64,000 nt of DNA from Vicugna vicugna (lineage: Eukaryota): contig MU058781.1 of NCBI GenBank assembly GCA_013265495.1, positions 6,662,522 to 6,726,521 on the forward strand. The letters are read 5' to 3'. How positions within the stretch are numbered: position 1 is the first letter of the stretch; every line of letters starts with the position of its first letter. This document shows, piece by piece, positions 11,565-25,328 of this stretch. The notes beneath the pieces were generated by a model. The model made no database searches. It was not told where the DNA came from and saw only the letters and a program-made list of their open reading frames with translations. Position numbers and translations under genes: made by a program.

Positions 11565-13607
11565 CTTTAAAATGAAAGCAGAGATACCTGATTTTCTAAT
11601 TTTTTCCATCATTATATACAAGACAACCCCTTACTGTCCTTAAGCAGTTACCAACAGTCTATTGGAAGCAATTAAGCCACACACTGTCGGAGGGGTTTTA
11701 GACCTGTATTAATCAAATGAAATGAAAGTAACTTTTTAAAGGAGAAAAAGAAATTCCAATGCCCTGAATTAAACTGATACAAATCATCACAGAGTAATTT
11801 TATCCATCATACTTAAATTTCATATTTAAAGACCTAAAAGATGCTAAAGGTCATCTTCAAAACAGAAAAGTGCGAGAACAAATGACTGAAGTAGATTTCT
11901 TTCTCAATCAGACAGAGATCAACACCCATCACCAACACACACATTCCAGTTATACTAACTTACCAGGAAAGGTGGAGATTCTTCTCATTTATTTTAAAAT
12001 TTCAGTCCGGGCCATTTAAACTACTTTTCTCAGAGATGGTAATAAATCTAAGCATATTTATTACTCACTTGGAAACAGGACATCTGGTGAAAAGGGCAGT
12101 AATTTCCCTCTGAGTTTGCTCAGTGAGAATAATTTAGGGGTCTAAATATAGATCTATGCAGCCTAAGAAATCTAGGCGGGGGGACTTTACTTGGCCACAA
12201 TGTGCTTTGACACCCTAGAGTAACAAGAGCCCCTGTAGAGTGTAACTCTCATTCGGACAAGAAGTTGACGTGGTGACGATCTGGAGGCTGGCTGAGTATG
12301 CATGGGTCTCTGTGTTCACATAGCCCGAGAGGGACATTTAGTGCTGGGTTCCAAGGGACACACATGAAAATTCTAGGTGAACCTGCTGTGGCTCCTCTTC
12401 TCTACCCTTTGGCCAGGCACTGTTCTGGCTGCCCGACCTGTCACAGTAAAAATGCAGATTCAGAGACAAGAGGGAGGCCAGAGATCATCCTCCTAAAAAC
12501 AAGTTTCAGAGCCTTTACACTTTCCTCCTAGGATCATGACTCTCGTCAAAGTTTATCAGCATTTTGGTGTCTCTGGTGTTCTGCTGCCCTTCTTGGCATC
12601 AGTAACAAAAATTATGCTTGATGCACTCAGTGATGATTATAATAATGATCATAACAAAAATAGCAACATTTATCGAGCACTTAGTGACGGGCAAGGCATT
12701 GTGTTAAGTCCTTTCCAGTATCAGTGTTGTATTAGGGGTTAGAGACAAAAAGAAAATTAATAAAACACAGCATCCTGCACTTTAGGAGCCCATAGCCCGG
12801 AAGAAGAGAAAGACATGTAAACAAATATTTACAATGCCACTCCACGATCACCAGTAAATGGAGTATTCAGATCCCTGGCTTTGACTTCTTTTTGTTTGTG
12901 GAGTCAGAAGAGAGTGGTATGAAGGAATGTGAACTGAGAAGCCTTAGGTGCACATCCGAGCCCCAGCATGCAGAAGCATGTGAGTGAAGTCAAGGCGCTT
13001 GGCTTCCATCTCAGTCCTAATATCTATTCAATGAGACAGAGCCTCACCCGGCAACAGCTATTCAGAAGGGAGTATGGTTATTAAAGTCTGAGTAAAGCCC
13101 AGGAAAGAAGGTAACAATGCAAAATTATTGATATTGCTCCCTGTCAGCAGCTGATATAAATGAAAACATAAAAGGAGACTTCTGAATTATTCCTTATGTT
13201 TAATTATTCTTGATCATCTTGCCTTCTACGATTTAGTGAGGAGGTGACAGAGAACTGACTTCTCTGAAAATGGCAAGGCCCAGTGGGAATATAATCTACA
13301 AGGTTCATCAAAACAGCACACTTGGTTCTTAGGATTTCACATCGGAAGAGATCTGGGCTCAAGGGCAACTGACTGACAGAAGCAAACAATTAGGCAGTGG
13401 CAGGACCTCTCCCTTAACTGCCTGCTTCCCCCACTGCCAGGACCTGGGACACAGCCTTGTGCTACACTCCTGCGGCCCCCACGGTGTTTAGCACAGAGAA
13501 GGTGCCCTTCAACCACACGGAGATGAGCTGCAAATGAGCACGTCCTCAGCACTCAGACACCATAAGCCGGGGAGCCTGGAACACAGGGAGCACCAAGCTG
13601 ACAGTAC

Positions 13608-13820
13608 CTCCGCCTGCGAGAGCTGCTCTCTGAGTTTCTCCACTTCCTCCCGCAGCTCCCGGATGACTTTTGCATTGGGGTCCTCATTCACAATGGCATG
13701 GTTAACGATTCTTTTGGCCCGATCTGCGTATCTTAGTGTGGAGAGGGTCTCTTCATAGTTGTCCGCTGCTGGGCTGATGGTGGCGATCATAGAGGTCTGG
13801 CTGTTGCCCCCCAGATTGTC
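13608..13820 (-). CDS. KIF13A: KIF13A coding exon (~exon 11, 213 nt): [71 protein letters not shown]
   Basis: Acceptor ttctgcag|GAC, donor GAG|gtactg; end of motor domain, neck linker and neck coil. Confidence 0.97.
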
Positions 13821-14200
13821 CTGCAGAATATTTCAAAGATCATATTTGGAAACAAGGCTCATTCTACGCACAACACACACGAGGAAAGCAGTAAACATGC
13901 ACGGGTCACATTCTCAGTGAAGACAACATGACATGGAAATGAGTCTGTATTCCACAAATAATTTTATAACAAAATGAAAGGAGATCTCTCTTCACAGCAA
14001 TGCATAGTGCCTGCTGAACAGCATTTTAATGGAAAAAGGCAACAGGAATGAGCTTTCATTCTGCATGTTTAGGAATCAGGATAATAGCATTGTCAGGAGT
14101 TCGCTGTGTAGTTACCTCATTAGCTCTGCACACATCTCAGCTGCCACCCCTGAAACAGCCAGTTTCTGGCTGGAAAAGAAACACTGGAACAATGAATTAC

Positions 14201-14312
14201 CTTAAGAAGCCAAGTGAGGACCGAATCCCGATAAGGCACAAATTTGTTTTTACCCTTGCCAGCTGCCTGGTCAGCCAACGATGAGATAACCAACCCCAAG
14301 GTTGTAAGTGAC
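14201..14312 (-). CDS. KIF13A: KIF13A coding exon (~exon 10, 112 nt): [37 protein letters not shown]
   Basis: Acceptor cttggcag|G, donor AAG|gtaatt; K-loop region and VPYRDS motif. Confidence 0.97.
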
Positions 14313-14967
14313 CTGCCAAGAGAAAAAGACAAAAGTTAGCTTTATGAAATATTGATTTTGTTTCCATAAAACAAAAATCCTTCTAGGTGGTAAGTATAAA
14401 ATATGCTGAACAATAAGTCCCTAAAGTTGATAGAATCAAGTCTACGTTAATTTGCCAGGAGGCTGAGAAAAGGGAAAACAAGAAGTAACCCCATTAATTT
14501 AAGAGAATTAATTTAGAATCCCCATAAGGATCTATTCTGTTCAATCACAGGACATGTGAAACATACATTTTAGAACCTGGAAACATACATATAAAAGATC
14601 ACACTAGAGAATTTTAATTAACTCCAAATATATGTTAAAGGTCTGAACCATTTTCTCTTTGGGTCTAATCTGGGCCATTCTGGACCCTGATTTCCCCACA
14701 ATTATCATGTAACTTGCAGAGCACCCCTCCACTACATGTTAAAGTTATATCCTGCTCATCTGCTTAAAGCAGGCAAGCTTGTTTCATTATGGAGTGACTA
14801 CAGTTGAACGAAGGCAAAAAACTACCCAAGCAGAGTCTTGGAAGCCTTCCCAGGCCTACTGGGTCAGAACCAGTGAGGGTTATCTCCAGGCGACTTACAT
14901 GCACATTAAATTTTGAGAAGCCCTGGCTGAACAATAGTCAAAGTGATACGTGCATTTGGGTGCCAGG

Positions 14968-15155
14968 CCGATGAGTCTCAAAATGTGGCGCTGAGACCAG
15001 CAGCACCAACATGACTTTGGACCCTGTTAGAAATGCACATTCTCAGGCCCCACCCCAGGCCGACTGTATCAGACACGCATAGTGAGACCCAGGAATCTGA
15101 GCTTGAACGAGCCTTCCAGGTGATTCTGATGCAGGTAGAGTCAGAACCACTGGTC
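14968..15155. mobile_element. MER5A-like hAT-Charlie MITE
   Basis: tgttagaaatgcacattctcaggccccacccc..ccaggtgattctgatgca..agaaccactg. Confidence 0.75.
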
Positions 15156-15699
15156 TAGACTAATGAGTTTTCCCTGACAGTTAATGCACGTTCTCTGCAC
15201 TTGGAGAAAAGATCACAGCAGAAACAACAGATCTGTGGAGCTGAGGGACTGAGAACACCCTCTGGTTAAGTACCAACTGCTCTTTTGAAAGAAAATCGAC
15301 TGGATCCCAAGTTAAGCAGCCAGAAGAGAGCAGTCTCAGGGCACCTCCCTGCAAGGGCAGTTACAACTTATCATAAAGACAAAACCCTTTGTAAATGGTT
15401 AAAAAATTGGACGTTCTACCTACTTACAAAAACAAGGAAAGGCACAAATCAGCACGTGACTAGAGTTTAGCAAGTGTAAGGCTACACATCTTTCTTTCTA
15501 GTGTTAACAGTAGATTTCCATTAAATAAAAGAATAGAAAAGAATAAAGGCATATATCTCACAACTCATAATTCTCCAAAGGTGAGTCACTGGAAAAGTCA
15601 TTGAAATACACAGCAATTCCAAGAGGCAGAAAATGAGCCAGGATTTTAATAACTAACAGCCATTACTGCCAAATGACATAAATATGTACATCATAATTG

Positions 15700-16680
15700 A
15701 CAGATCTAAAAGTTAAACAAATCCACCCCAAGAAAAATGAAAACATATGTCCACCCAAAAACTTGTGCAAGGATTCTCATAGCAGCATTATTCACAACAG
15801 CCAACATGTGGAAACAGCCCAAATGTCCATCAAATGATGAAGGGAAGAATAAAATGTGGTATGTCCTTATGTTGAAGTATCATAAGGGAGGAATGAATTT
15901 CTGATACATGCTACAACACGGATGAGCCTTGAAAATTTGTGGTAAGCGAAAGGCGTCAAAACAAAAAAGGCCACTGTCCTGGGTTGAATAATGTCCCCAC
16001 CAAACTCACATCCAACAGAACCTCAGGTGTGACCTCACTTGGAAGTCGGGTCCTTGCAGATATAATTAGTTAAAATGAGATCACACTGGCTTAGGGAGAG
16101 CTCTGATCCAATGACAGACATTACTTATTTTATAACAAAGCCATGAGAAGACACAAAGACACATGGGGGGAACACTTTGTGAAAACGGAGACAGAGACTG
16201 GAGCGATGCACCCACCAGCCAAGGAATGCCAGCAACCACGAGAAGGCAGAAGAGGGGCAAGGAGTAGATTTTTCCCTCTGAGCACCCAAGAAGGAACCAA
16301 CCCTGCCAATCCCCTGATTTTGGACTTCTGGCCTTCAGAGCGGTGAGAAAATACATTTCTATTGTTTTAGCCCATCCAGTTTGTGGTAGTCTGTTCTGTA
16401 ACACTAGGAAACTGACATGTAGTATTGGATCCCACTTATATATGAAATATCCAAAACAGGCAAATCTATAGAGATGGCGGCTGTGGTTGCCTAGGGCTGG
16501 GGAGGTGGGGTAAATGGGGAATGATCTGGACACAGGTTTCTTTTGGGGATGAAGATGTCTTAAACCTAGATTGTGGCGATGGTTACACAGCTCTGTGAAT
16601 ATTATAAAGCTACTGAACTGCATGCTTTAAAATGGTAAAGTATATATGGTATGTAAATTATTTCTCAATACAACTTTCTC
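15700..16680 (+). mobile_element. L1MB-like 3' end interrupted by a MaLR LTR
   Basis: gcagcattattcacaacagcc..aaatgtccatca..; resumes after 16417 with atatccaaaacaggcaaatctatagag and ends ttctcaata. Confidence 0.8.
15975..16417 (+). mobile_element. MaLR solo LTR (MLT1C-like) nested in L1
   Basis: TG..gggttgaataatgtcccc..ccttgcagatataattagttaaaatgag..ttggacttctggcct..ctaggaaactgaCA. Confidence 0.85.
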
Positions 16681-18164
16681 AAAAAAAAAAAATTCAAGTT
16701 CAGTCACTCCTCCCAGAGGCAACAATTTTAAGAAAGAAAATGGCATATGATATATATGAGATAGAGGAAAAAAGGAGTTCAGTATAAGGGGAAAAACACA
16801 TTTCTGCTTTAATATAGAATATAGGCCGTTTTCCACATTTTGCATCTACTGAAATAAAATTTTCATTTGGAAACAATTCTTCAGACTATCCCAGATTTTT
16901 AATAACCAAATGCAACAGAAATTAATTCCTATAAAGTATAAAGAGCTTAGTGACTCATAGGTCAATATTAGCAACTCAAAGGTTAACAGTGGTCCTACAG
17001 AGCTATAATTTATCCACTTAGAGAAGCTAATCATTCATAGGTGCCACGCCCTTTACCTATAGTGTGCACACATTCAAAACAAGAACTTCATCTAAACCTA
17101 TTATGGTCCCTCTGAAAGAAAAAGAAATAAACTGCAGAATGAGTGGAACTCATTGATGATTGAGAGGTCACCAGTTTAACCCAGTAACAAGGGGTCCATG
17201 CCATCCCCCGCTTCTAGGTTTCCCCTAGAAGCAGTGATCCAGAGGCTCTGAGAATCCCAAGAACCATTTGAAATTTTGCAAGTTCAACACCAGGCATGTA
17301 TATTTTGATAAGAATTTTATTTCCAGGAAGCTTAAAAACATAACAAAATCACTAACGATGGATCCTAGGAGCCTGAAGGCAAATGGGCAGCTCACACGTG
17401 TCCAGAATGGGGTGGGAGGTTGCCTTCTGTTGGTTTTTGTTTTTGTTTTTGTTTTTTTGCCAATTTTAGGGGCTGCAAATGTTACTCTGAGAATCTTTAT
17501 AATTCTACCAAAGCACTGCTCCTTTTCTGAACCTGTTGGAGGTGGAGATGGTAAGGAAGCTGCAAATCTCCTGAAATCTTTCACCACTAGTTCTAGGGCA
17601 GGGGTGGGGCAGAGAAGGGGGAGGGGCTGACTGGAGAGGAAGGAAGACTTTGGGGAGGGGATAACGTTTATAAACAGACAGCCATCTAAACAATGTAGAA
17701 ATCTGGATCAAAAGGAAAGTAAATAAAACAAAATAAGATTAAAAACAAAATAAAAAGGCTTACTGAAAAAAAAAAACAACAACACATTGACATGATTCAA
17801 CCTTCTTTTGCTTTTTTGTTTGTTTTTCTATACCTTGCTCAAACCTACATAGTTTCCCTTGAAACCCTAACCACTAGATTCCTTCCCTTAGGAGTAGATC
17901 TGATGTGATGTTGAGCTATTTGTACTGTTTAGGATGGATTTCAAGCTATTTAACCCATGTTTCCAACCATCTTTTTCTAAGATCATCAGTGTAGTCCTTA
18001 CTAAACTTTATTAGAGTTTTTTTCCCCATCTCTTTCTACTTAGATTGTGATCGCCCTGGAGGCAGACACTACTGTGCCTGGCTCACAGGAAGCACTCAGT
18101 CAGTATTTGCCAAGTTAAACTGAGTCTACAACAGAACATGGACTGCTCTTTAAAAAGGACTAAT

Positions 18165-18645
18165 TCTGTGATGGTTTCGGTACACTCTGTGGGTGCTGGC
18201 CCAGTGACCATTCCTCCCTTCTTACTTGCTAACAGAAGCCTGATTTTCCAGGGAAGTGTGTGCCAAGCTAAACGCTACTTTCCAGAGTCCTCTGCAGCTC
18301 GGAGAAGCCATGAAACACAGTTCTCTCATGAGATGTAGGAAGGTATCACCGGGAGGGGCTTCTAAGCGAGTTCTTGTTCTCCTGATAGAAAAGGTACATC
18401 TTCAGCTGACAAAAGCCAGTGGTTCTTTCCCCTTCCTGTTTGGAACACAGATAGGGAGACGATGCCTGGAATGGCAGAGCTGTCTTGAGGTCACGAGAAC
18501 CATGTGAAAACACACTAAGGTTAGTACAGCTGTGTGCCTGACAACACTTCTGAGACGCTGTCCCAGCCTCTGGACTCACTGAGAAAAACAAGCTCATCAT
18601 TTGGTCGTCACTGCAACTGGTTTCTGTTACAGCAGAATACAATCC
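18165..18645 (+). mobile_element. Old MaLR LTR (MLT1 family)
   Basis: cattcctcccttcttacttgctaacagaagcc..ggtttctgttacagcagaatacaatccta; approximate. Confidence 0.5.
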
Positions 18646-20758
18646 TAGGCTTTTATAGAATTAGCTGAAAGGTGATGAAGTTAGTGGAAATGAGTTTAGC
18701 ACTCTTCTTCAGGAAATCCCCACTCTTTACAGGAAAGGAGGAATACAAAGAATATATGTGGCAAATCATGGGGAAAGGACAGTGCCACCACATGACAGGA
18801 GAGGAAAGACATCTAATGATATCTACAGCATGGGCCTCATTTCCACTCACCACTGTTTCCCAGTGGCTAATGCAAATTATTAAACCCAAATGACATTCAT
18901 CCAACGAATATCATTCCCAATCTCATTTCCATTTCAATTGCCATGGTTTAATTTAAAAAAGTATATACGAACACTTCCAAAAACACATTTGTTCTAGAGA
19001 TGTTAATATGTGTTACATCTAGGATTCTGTCATCACATAAGTTCAGGGTGTGATGAAGTTACAGAGCATTAATTATTGCAGGACTTCTCAGAGCTTTTAG
19101 CACTGTGAATCTCCAAACAAAGGTTTTATAAGAAGCCTTTTTCAAAATTATTTATCTAGGATCTTTTTTTTTCCCCAGAGCCACCTGAGAAATTTGTATT
19201 TCACAAGGACACTTTGGGAAACACTGAAGGAACAATGGCACGTGCCCCAAAAGATGTGGCTACTGCTTTCCCAGGAGATTCCTGCTCTGTCCTTTGCGGT
19301 CTTTGGTGTGAAATACAGAGACCTTTCTTCAGATTTTTTTTTCCCTCACATGTGGACCCTGCAATGTACAAGTGGTAAATTAACAAGGACACCCCCGCCT
19401 GCCCTCGAATAAGGGACAGAAGGCCGGCCACTTTTATCACCCCTAAGTACAAGTGCACGTTTGGTTATTCAGGAATACCCATTTACGTGAGGTTTCTGAG
19501 AGGACATGAACAAGAGACATGGGGAATACTCAAGAAGAAAAAAAGGAGGATTGCACCATAAGAAATACTAGAAACATTGTGCTTGTAACTTATTATAACA
19601 TAAATTCTATGACAACCCTAAGAGTAACACATATTAATATCCCTAGAACAAGTGTTGAGTAGAACCCATTTTTGGAAACGTTTAACATATTCTTTATTAC
19701 CGACTACAGTAATTGAAATGGAAATGAGACTGGCTAAGATAGTCATCAGACGAATACTGTTTGCATTTAGTGGCCGGCAATGCTGAGAATAAAACAGAAG
19801 CATTTTCAATGCCATTCCTGGGGTTATCAGAGAGGGTTCCGTGAGCTAAGTGAGTTCTCAGAGCAGCTGAACCAGCCAGACTGCAGCGGCAGGGAAAGGC
19901 TTCGTCCTCCCACCCTCAGTAGATAGGTGCAGCACCAGACGAATTTTACAGATGCATCCCCTGCGAAGATGGCCTGAAGCCGACCTATCGCCCTAGTCCT
20001 GAACAAGCCATGGAGGTGCGGCCACCCAGCGCATCAGCGCTGCGCGTAAAGGAGTAACGTGCGCTGGAAAGCTCTTAAGAGCTTAAGGGGAGATGAAGCT
20101 CCTAAATCCACAGCCCATTAAGCAGACACTAATGTCTGGGTGAAGTCCCGGACAGGTCTGCTTAAGAGGATTATTAACGTTCCATCCAAAGAAGCCCCAA
20201 CAGGAGGTGGAGAGAAAGCCCAGGAAACATGTGAGCGATTTCTTTAATCCTAGCACTTGACTGGATACTGACTTTAACGCTTAAAAAGGCCTTTGTAGAA
20301 CTACCGGGCAGCCGTTTCAATATATTATTTATTTTACCTTATTTGTACATGCTTACACAGAGCTTACTATGTGCAGCTAAGCATGCTCTAAGCACGCTAC
20401 AAACAGTTACTGATGAATCCTCATAACAGCCTTACAGTGTCGTTTCCTCAACCGCATTTTAGAGTTGAGGAAACTGAAGCTCAGGAAGGTCACACACTTC
20501 ATTTTTGTAGCTAAGAAACTCCAGTATCTCCTCTGGGAAGCCCTCCCTGAACCTTCCAGCTATGTTGTGACCCACGTTCCCACTGCACCCTGTGTGGAAC
20601 TTTCCACAGCACTTAATGTCTTAACAGCCCCCCTCCAAGGTGTCCTTTCTCCACTGGACCTTGAACTTCCCGAGGCCAGGGCCTGATCTTACTCATCCCT
20701 TTCTTCTTATGCCCAAGTCAGTGTTCAAAACACATCTGCTAAATGGAGCAAAAAAGCG

Positions 20759-21197
20759 CAGGTCCATTTATCTCTTGTCTGAAATCCTTGGGGCCACGTG
20801 TGCTTTGAAATTCAGAATATTTTGGACTTGAGGAAGTCCAGTAGATACACTACACATGACCACCTGGGGCAGCACCTCGCAGTAAAAATTCATTAACATT
20901 TCTACAGTTAGGGGGAGGGGATAGCTCAAGTGGTAGAGCGCATGCTTAGCATGCATGAGGTTTGGGTTCAATCCCCAGTACCTCCTCTAAAAATAAATAA
21001 ATAAATAAACATGTCTACAGCTAAACTTATGAATGGCCACACTAAATGAGTAAATAAAGACCATAAATGAAGATAAAGACCTCATCAGAGTTCAGATGCA
21101 GGTTCATTAACAAGTGAGCTATGAAGAAAAACAGAAGAGCACTGGGTTTTCAGAGCACTCTGGATTCTGGAATTTCAGGTGGAGGACTATCGGCCTC
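20759..21197. mobile_element. Tigger-family MITE (MER46C-like), interrupted by SINE
   Basis: caggtccatttatctcttgtctgaaatccttggggccacgtgtg start and degenerate inverted end ..ggaatttcaggtggaggactatcggcct. Confidence 0.6.
20911..21007 (+). mobile_element. tRNA-derived SINE (Vic-1-like) nested in a MER46C-like element
   Basis: A/B boxes, (AAAT)n tail, TSD aacat(t/g)tctacag(t/c)ta at 20895-20910 and 21008-21023. Confidence 0.92.
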
Positions 21198-21619
21198 TCT
21201 TTCCATAAAGCTCTCTAAGACAGCTGCGCAGACCCCATGGCATGGTCTTACTGTAAGGAGATGTCCCATTCACAGTGACTACGTACCAAGGACCACGCTG
21301 AGAACTTGGAGGCCACCTGGTGGACACCTGGATCCATGGTGGGCTCCCGGAGCATATGCACCAACTCAGGGAGATGGGAGGGACGTGTGCAGTAAAGAAA
21401 ATAGCCCTGGACTAAGGTTCAGAGGCAGCTCCACTCCCTTCAAGCCAGTAATTTTGGGAAAAGCGTAAGAGCAACTTGGCAAACCCTCACAGGCTGGTAA
21501 ACGTGTCCTAAAAAACAGCTCCACGCTTGAATGCTGGGTTATGTAGCACTTCTCAACAACACCTGGTCAAGAAAGTCGCCCCCACCTTCTGCTTTTTCAG
21601 ATGAAGTAACTCACTGCAT

Positions 21620-22108
21620 CTTAGCCTACATGTTCCTTGAGGGCAGCAGTCATGACGTAACAAATGACCACAGACACAGCAGCTTAAAGCAACATAAGGG
21701 TATTACCTTCCAGGTCTGGAGGCTAGAAGTCCAGAATGTGCTTCACTGGGCTAAAACCAAGGTGTCAACAGGGCATGTTCCTTCTGGATGCTCTAGGGGA
21801 GAATCCGTCTCCTGGCTTGTTCCAGCTTCTACAAACCACCCCAGCTCCTGGCTCCTGGCCCCTCCTCCATTTCCAGTGGACTGTGAGGTCTTTCTCCCCC
21901 TACATCACTCTCACTCTGCTCTCCTACTTCCTCCTTTTACCTGTAAGGAGCTTTGTGATTACATCAGACCCACTGAATAATCCTCTCATCTCAAAACCTT
22001 AACTTATTCACACCCGCAAAATCCCTTTGTGAGGTCTCAGATGCACAAGTTTGGGGAATTAGGACCTAGACGTATTTGGGGAGCAGGGAAGCAATATTGT
22101 GTCTATGA
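21620..22108 (-). mobile_element. MaLR solo LTR (MLT1D-like)
   Basis: cttaaagcaac..ctggaggctagaagtcc..aaggtgtcaacaggg..gattacatcagaccc..aaaaccttaactt reverse MLT1 motifs. Confidence 0.75.
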
Positions 22109-22631
22109 TGGTATCTAAATTCCTCTTGCATCTGCAGCATCTAGTGCAGTGCTAGACACTAGCAGAGACTTATTACTAAATGTCTGCTCAGCTTGTATTC
22201 ATACGGCTTACATACCCCCAACCAACAGTTTCCTCATCTTTAAGCAGAGATTAAAAATACATATTAGGAACCTCATATGAAAGAGTGCATATGAAAGTGC
22301 ATTGAAAACTATAAAGAGCCCTAAAAATGTAGATATCTCATAGACTAGTGGTAAGGAAAACATCCATCCATTTGTGAAAGAGCTAATGTATGTATAAGGA
22401 CAGACAGTAGGATGCTCCAGAGAATTCCATTCAATGCAGCAAGCCATCATGGAAAAGAGCCAGCTGCTGGAGTATCTAAATTACGTGATCATGTGGCTAT
22501 GAGGCAGTCCAGTTTGGGACACTGCATAATTTAGTGTCCAAATTGAAGTGAGCACTATAAATATTCACTCTGGGACAAAAGTATCAATCAGGACTCTTCC
22601 AGGCAAACAGAACACTTGGGCACCCCCTATA

Positions 22632-22862
22632 CAGCACAGTGGGTGAGCCTGGCTCTAGAGCCAAACTGCCTACAACCAAATCTAAGATCCACACTAAGAG
22701 CTTTGTGACCCCAGACACGTTATTTATCTGCTCTCTGCCTCGGTTTCCTCATCTGTAAAATGGGGATAACAGACCCATCTCACAATGCTGATCAGATGAG
22801 TTGTTACATATAGAGCATTGAGAACAGTGCCTGGCATATAGTAAGAGGTCAGTAAAAGTGAT
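22632..22862 (+). mobile_element. MIR SINE
   Basis: Core ctctgcctcggtttcctcatctgtaaaatggggataac..agaacagtgcctggcatatagtaag. Confidence 0.85.
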
Positions 22863-23429
22863 CATCATACATCAAGGCCAGTCATACTCTAAATTCCCAC
22901 AAATTCATAGCACAGAATTCCCAGTGTCTTCCTAAAAGCCTAGCCACAAATCTATAGGGGGTGACAGTCTGCTCGTTGGTACCTGCTTCCTCAAACTCCC
23001 ATTTCTGCTTTCCCATCCTGGTTCTTGCACTCACTGTGGAACGCAGAGCTGCAGTGCCAGTCTGGGCTCCTGCAATGCCTTGTCAGGAAATAGAGCAAAA
23101 TCCTTTGTTATTAGAGCAGGAGACAGAATGACTGGAAGTTAACCCCCTAAAGAAGCAGCTGCGCAGTGAGCATGGCTGTGTCCATCTGATAGCAGGGGTG
23201 ATATTTCACTGCTAATTTTTAACTTTTGTAAAATCACAATGCGCTAGCATCATGTTAAAATGCATGCTGCACAAACACGTTCCTGAATATATTACCTCTT
23301 ATCACCTTCTGTCCTATAGAAAACTGCATATTATGTCTCAACAGAAAAAATATTGTAAGTACAAAGGAAACTATTTTCTGCTGAACTTGGAATAATGATT
23401 ATGCTGTTTATACAGATTATACAAATAAT

Positions 23430-23670
23430 AGCTACAACAATTAATATTTATTCAGTGCATACTACGTGCCAGGCATTGTTCTAAGTACCTTATAGGCATT
23501 TAGTCCTCAACAATTCTACAAAGTAGGTACTGCGATTATCACCATTCTGCGGATGGGAAAAATGAAGCACAGAGAGGTGAACTCACCTGCCCATGACAAA
23601 GATACATCCAGTAAGTGGGGGGGGGCAGGGGGGGGCCCCGCAGGATCAGACTCAAGGAGTCCTGCTCAAG
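23430..23670 (-). mobile_element. MIR SINE
   Basis: tactacgtgccaggcattgttctaag..gaagcacagagaggt reverse core. Confidence 0.75.
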
Positions 23671-24079
23671 TACATACTCTTTTTTTTTATTTTAAAGTAC
23701 ACACTCTTAAATGCAAACTCTGTTCCCTCCCATGCTGGAGAACAGGGGGACTTCTCTTGCATATCAGCAGCCCCCCGGGATACAGCACGACTGAAAGAAC
23801 AAGCCCTTCATTTGTGCCCTGCTGTACCCTTCGTGTGGCATGCCTTCATCTTCTTTGCCCACCCGTCCAACTCCTACACGTCCTGCACAGCTGGGCTCTC
23901 CTCCAGCCTTTGCAGCATCCCTGGGCACGCTGCAGGCACTCAAGGCAAAGGGTGAGATTTCAGAGTGGCAGTTATTCAATAACTGTTACCTTTAGGGGGG
24001 GGGTGGCAGTATTGATGTTTAAACAGTATCAGCCTTACAAAGGGATCTAAAGAGCTTCTATTCAGAATAAGCACTTCTA

Positions 24080-24219
24080 GGGGGAGGGTATATGTAGCTC
24101 AGTGGTAGAGTGCATCCTTAGCATGCATGAGGTCCTGGGTTCAATCCCCAGCATCTCCATTAAAATAAATAAATAAATCTAATTACTTCGCATCTCAAAA
24201 ACAAACCATTAAAAAAAAA
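24080..24219 (+). mobile_element. tRNA-derived SINE (Vic-1-like)
   Basis: A/B boxes, polyA tail, degenerate TSD agaataagc..cta on both sides. Confidence 0.92.
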
Positions 24220-24542
24220 AGAATAAGCTCCTACAGTTAAGATAGGATTTGATTTACAGAACTGTGACTTGTACTTACCTAAGACGACATGACACAACGA
24301 CACAGAGTTTGTACAAGGTTTGAGCCGAGCTGCACCATGCAGTTTTACTTAAATAAACATCACGTATCTCAGTAGAGGCAGGCGGATGTTTTTCTTGAAA
24401 CCAGTTTACTAAAGCTACACAGACTCTGAACCACCTGTGATTAGAACCTTCTGACCCCTGATCACACAGTAAGTCCCCCTAGACACACAGGAACTGGGTG
24501 GGATGTTCCAGTTTCACACGGCAGTCGCCCCAGTCCCCTTAC

Positions 24543-24655
24543 TTGTTAATGTTGCTGCCTTCTTTCAGTCGCTCTCCTGCGGCTCCCGTCTTAGACACCC
24601 TTTCGCTACCCGCCAGGTCTACCAAGCTGACCTTGCTGACTTTCTCTCCCGAGTT
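24543..24655 (-). CDS. KIF13A: KIF13A coding exon (~exon 9, 113 nt): [37 protein letters not shown](K)
   Basis: Acceptor caactag|AAC, donor AA|gtaagg; switch II DLAGSER. Confidence 0.97.
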
Positions 24656-25328
24656 CTAGTTGTGGGAAACAAGAGAGAAACAACACACGTGAATGTGAAA
24701 ACCGCACAGATGACTACACGTACGTCAGCCCTGTAACTGACGCCATCCTGCGCCAAGAAGGCAAACTCCTCAAGAAGTTTCTTCTTCTTAAGTGGTAAGC
24801 AGGGCTCTTTGGACGAGCAATTTCAGGGTCAGAACTGAAGCTGGGGGCAGTGCAGCATTGTGTTTTGCATCTGGGCCGCAAGCTCACTCAGTTTTCCAGA
24901 ATATAGGCAGAAAGCTGGAGCTTTTAAGTGCCTATGAGAACACACTGGGACATGAGGATTCCTGCACATTCAGATCAAATTCTTTTTTTCAGGCTAAATG
25001 TTGTGGTTTCCTCTTTAATATCCCTTAACAACCATGAGGCAAACTCAGCTGTTTTTAGGGGAATTTCAGTATGGAAGGATACACAGTAAAAACCATATGG
25101 CGACACCATCGTGCTCTTTAGGCAGTTTACACAACAAATCCAATTTTTTTAAAGAAGTTATATGTAAAGGAAGACCTAACAAATTAAATGACTTTAGCAA
25201 AGAGCCTCATCTAGTAGGTAGAAGAGCCGGCATAAAATCTCAGCAACTGAATCCAGCCAGGAAACAGCTCACCCACGCAGATATTTTGAGTTCTTTTACT
25301 GCCACCAAAGGTTCCCCGGGTCCCTCAC

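Noticed and set aside
16081..16623. 180-aa ORF; likewise 21531-21980 (149 aa) and 23553-24050 (165 aa)
   Set aside because: Chance frames lying in or starting in MaLR, L1 or MIR remnants, with no recognisable homology.
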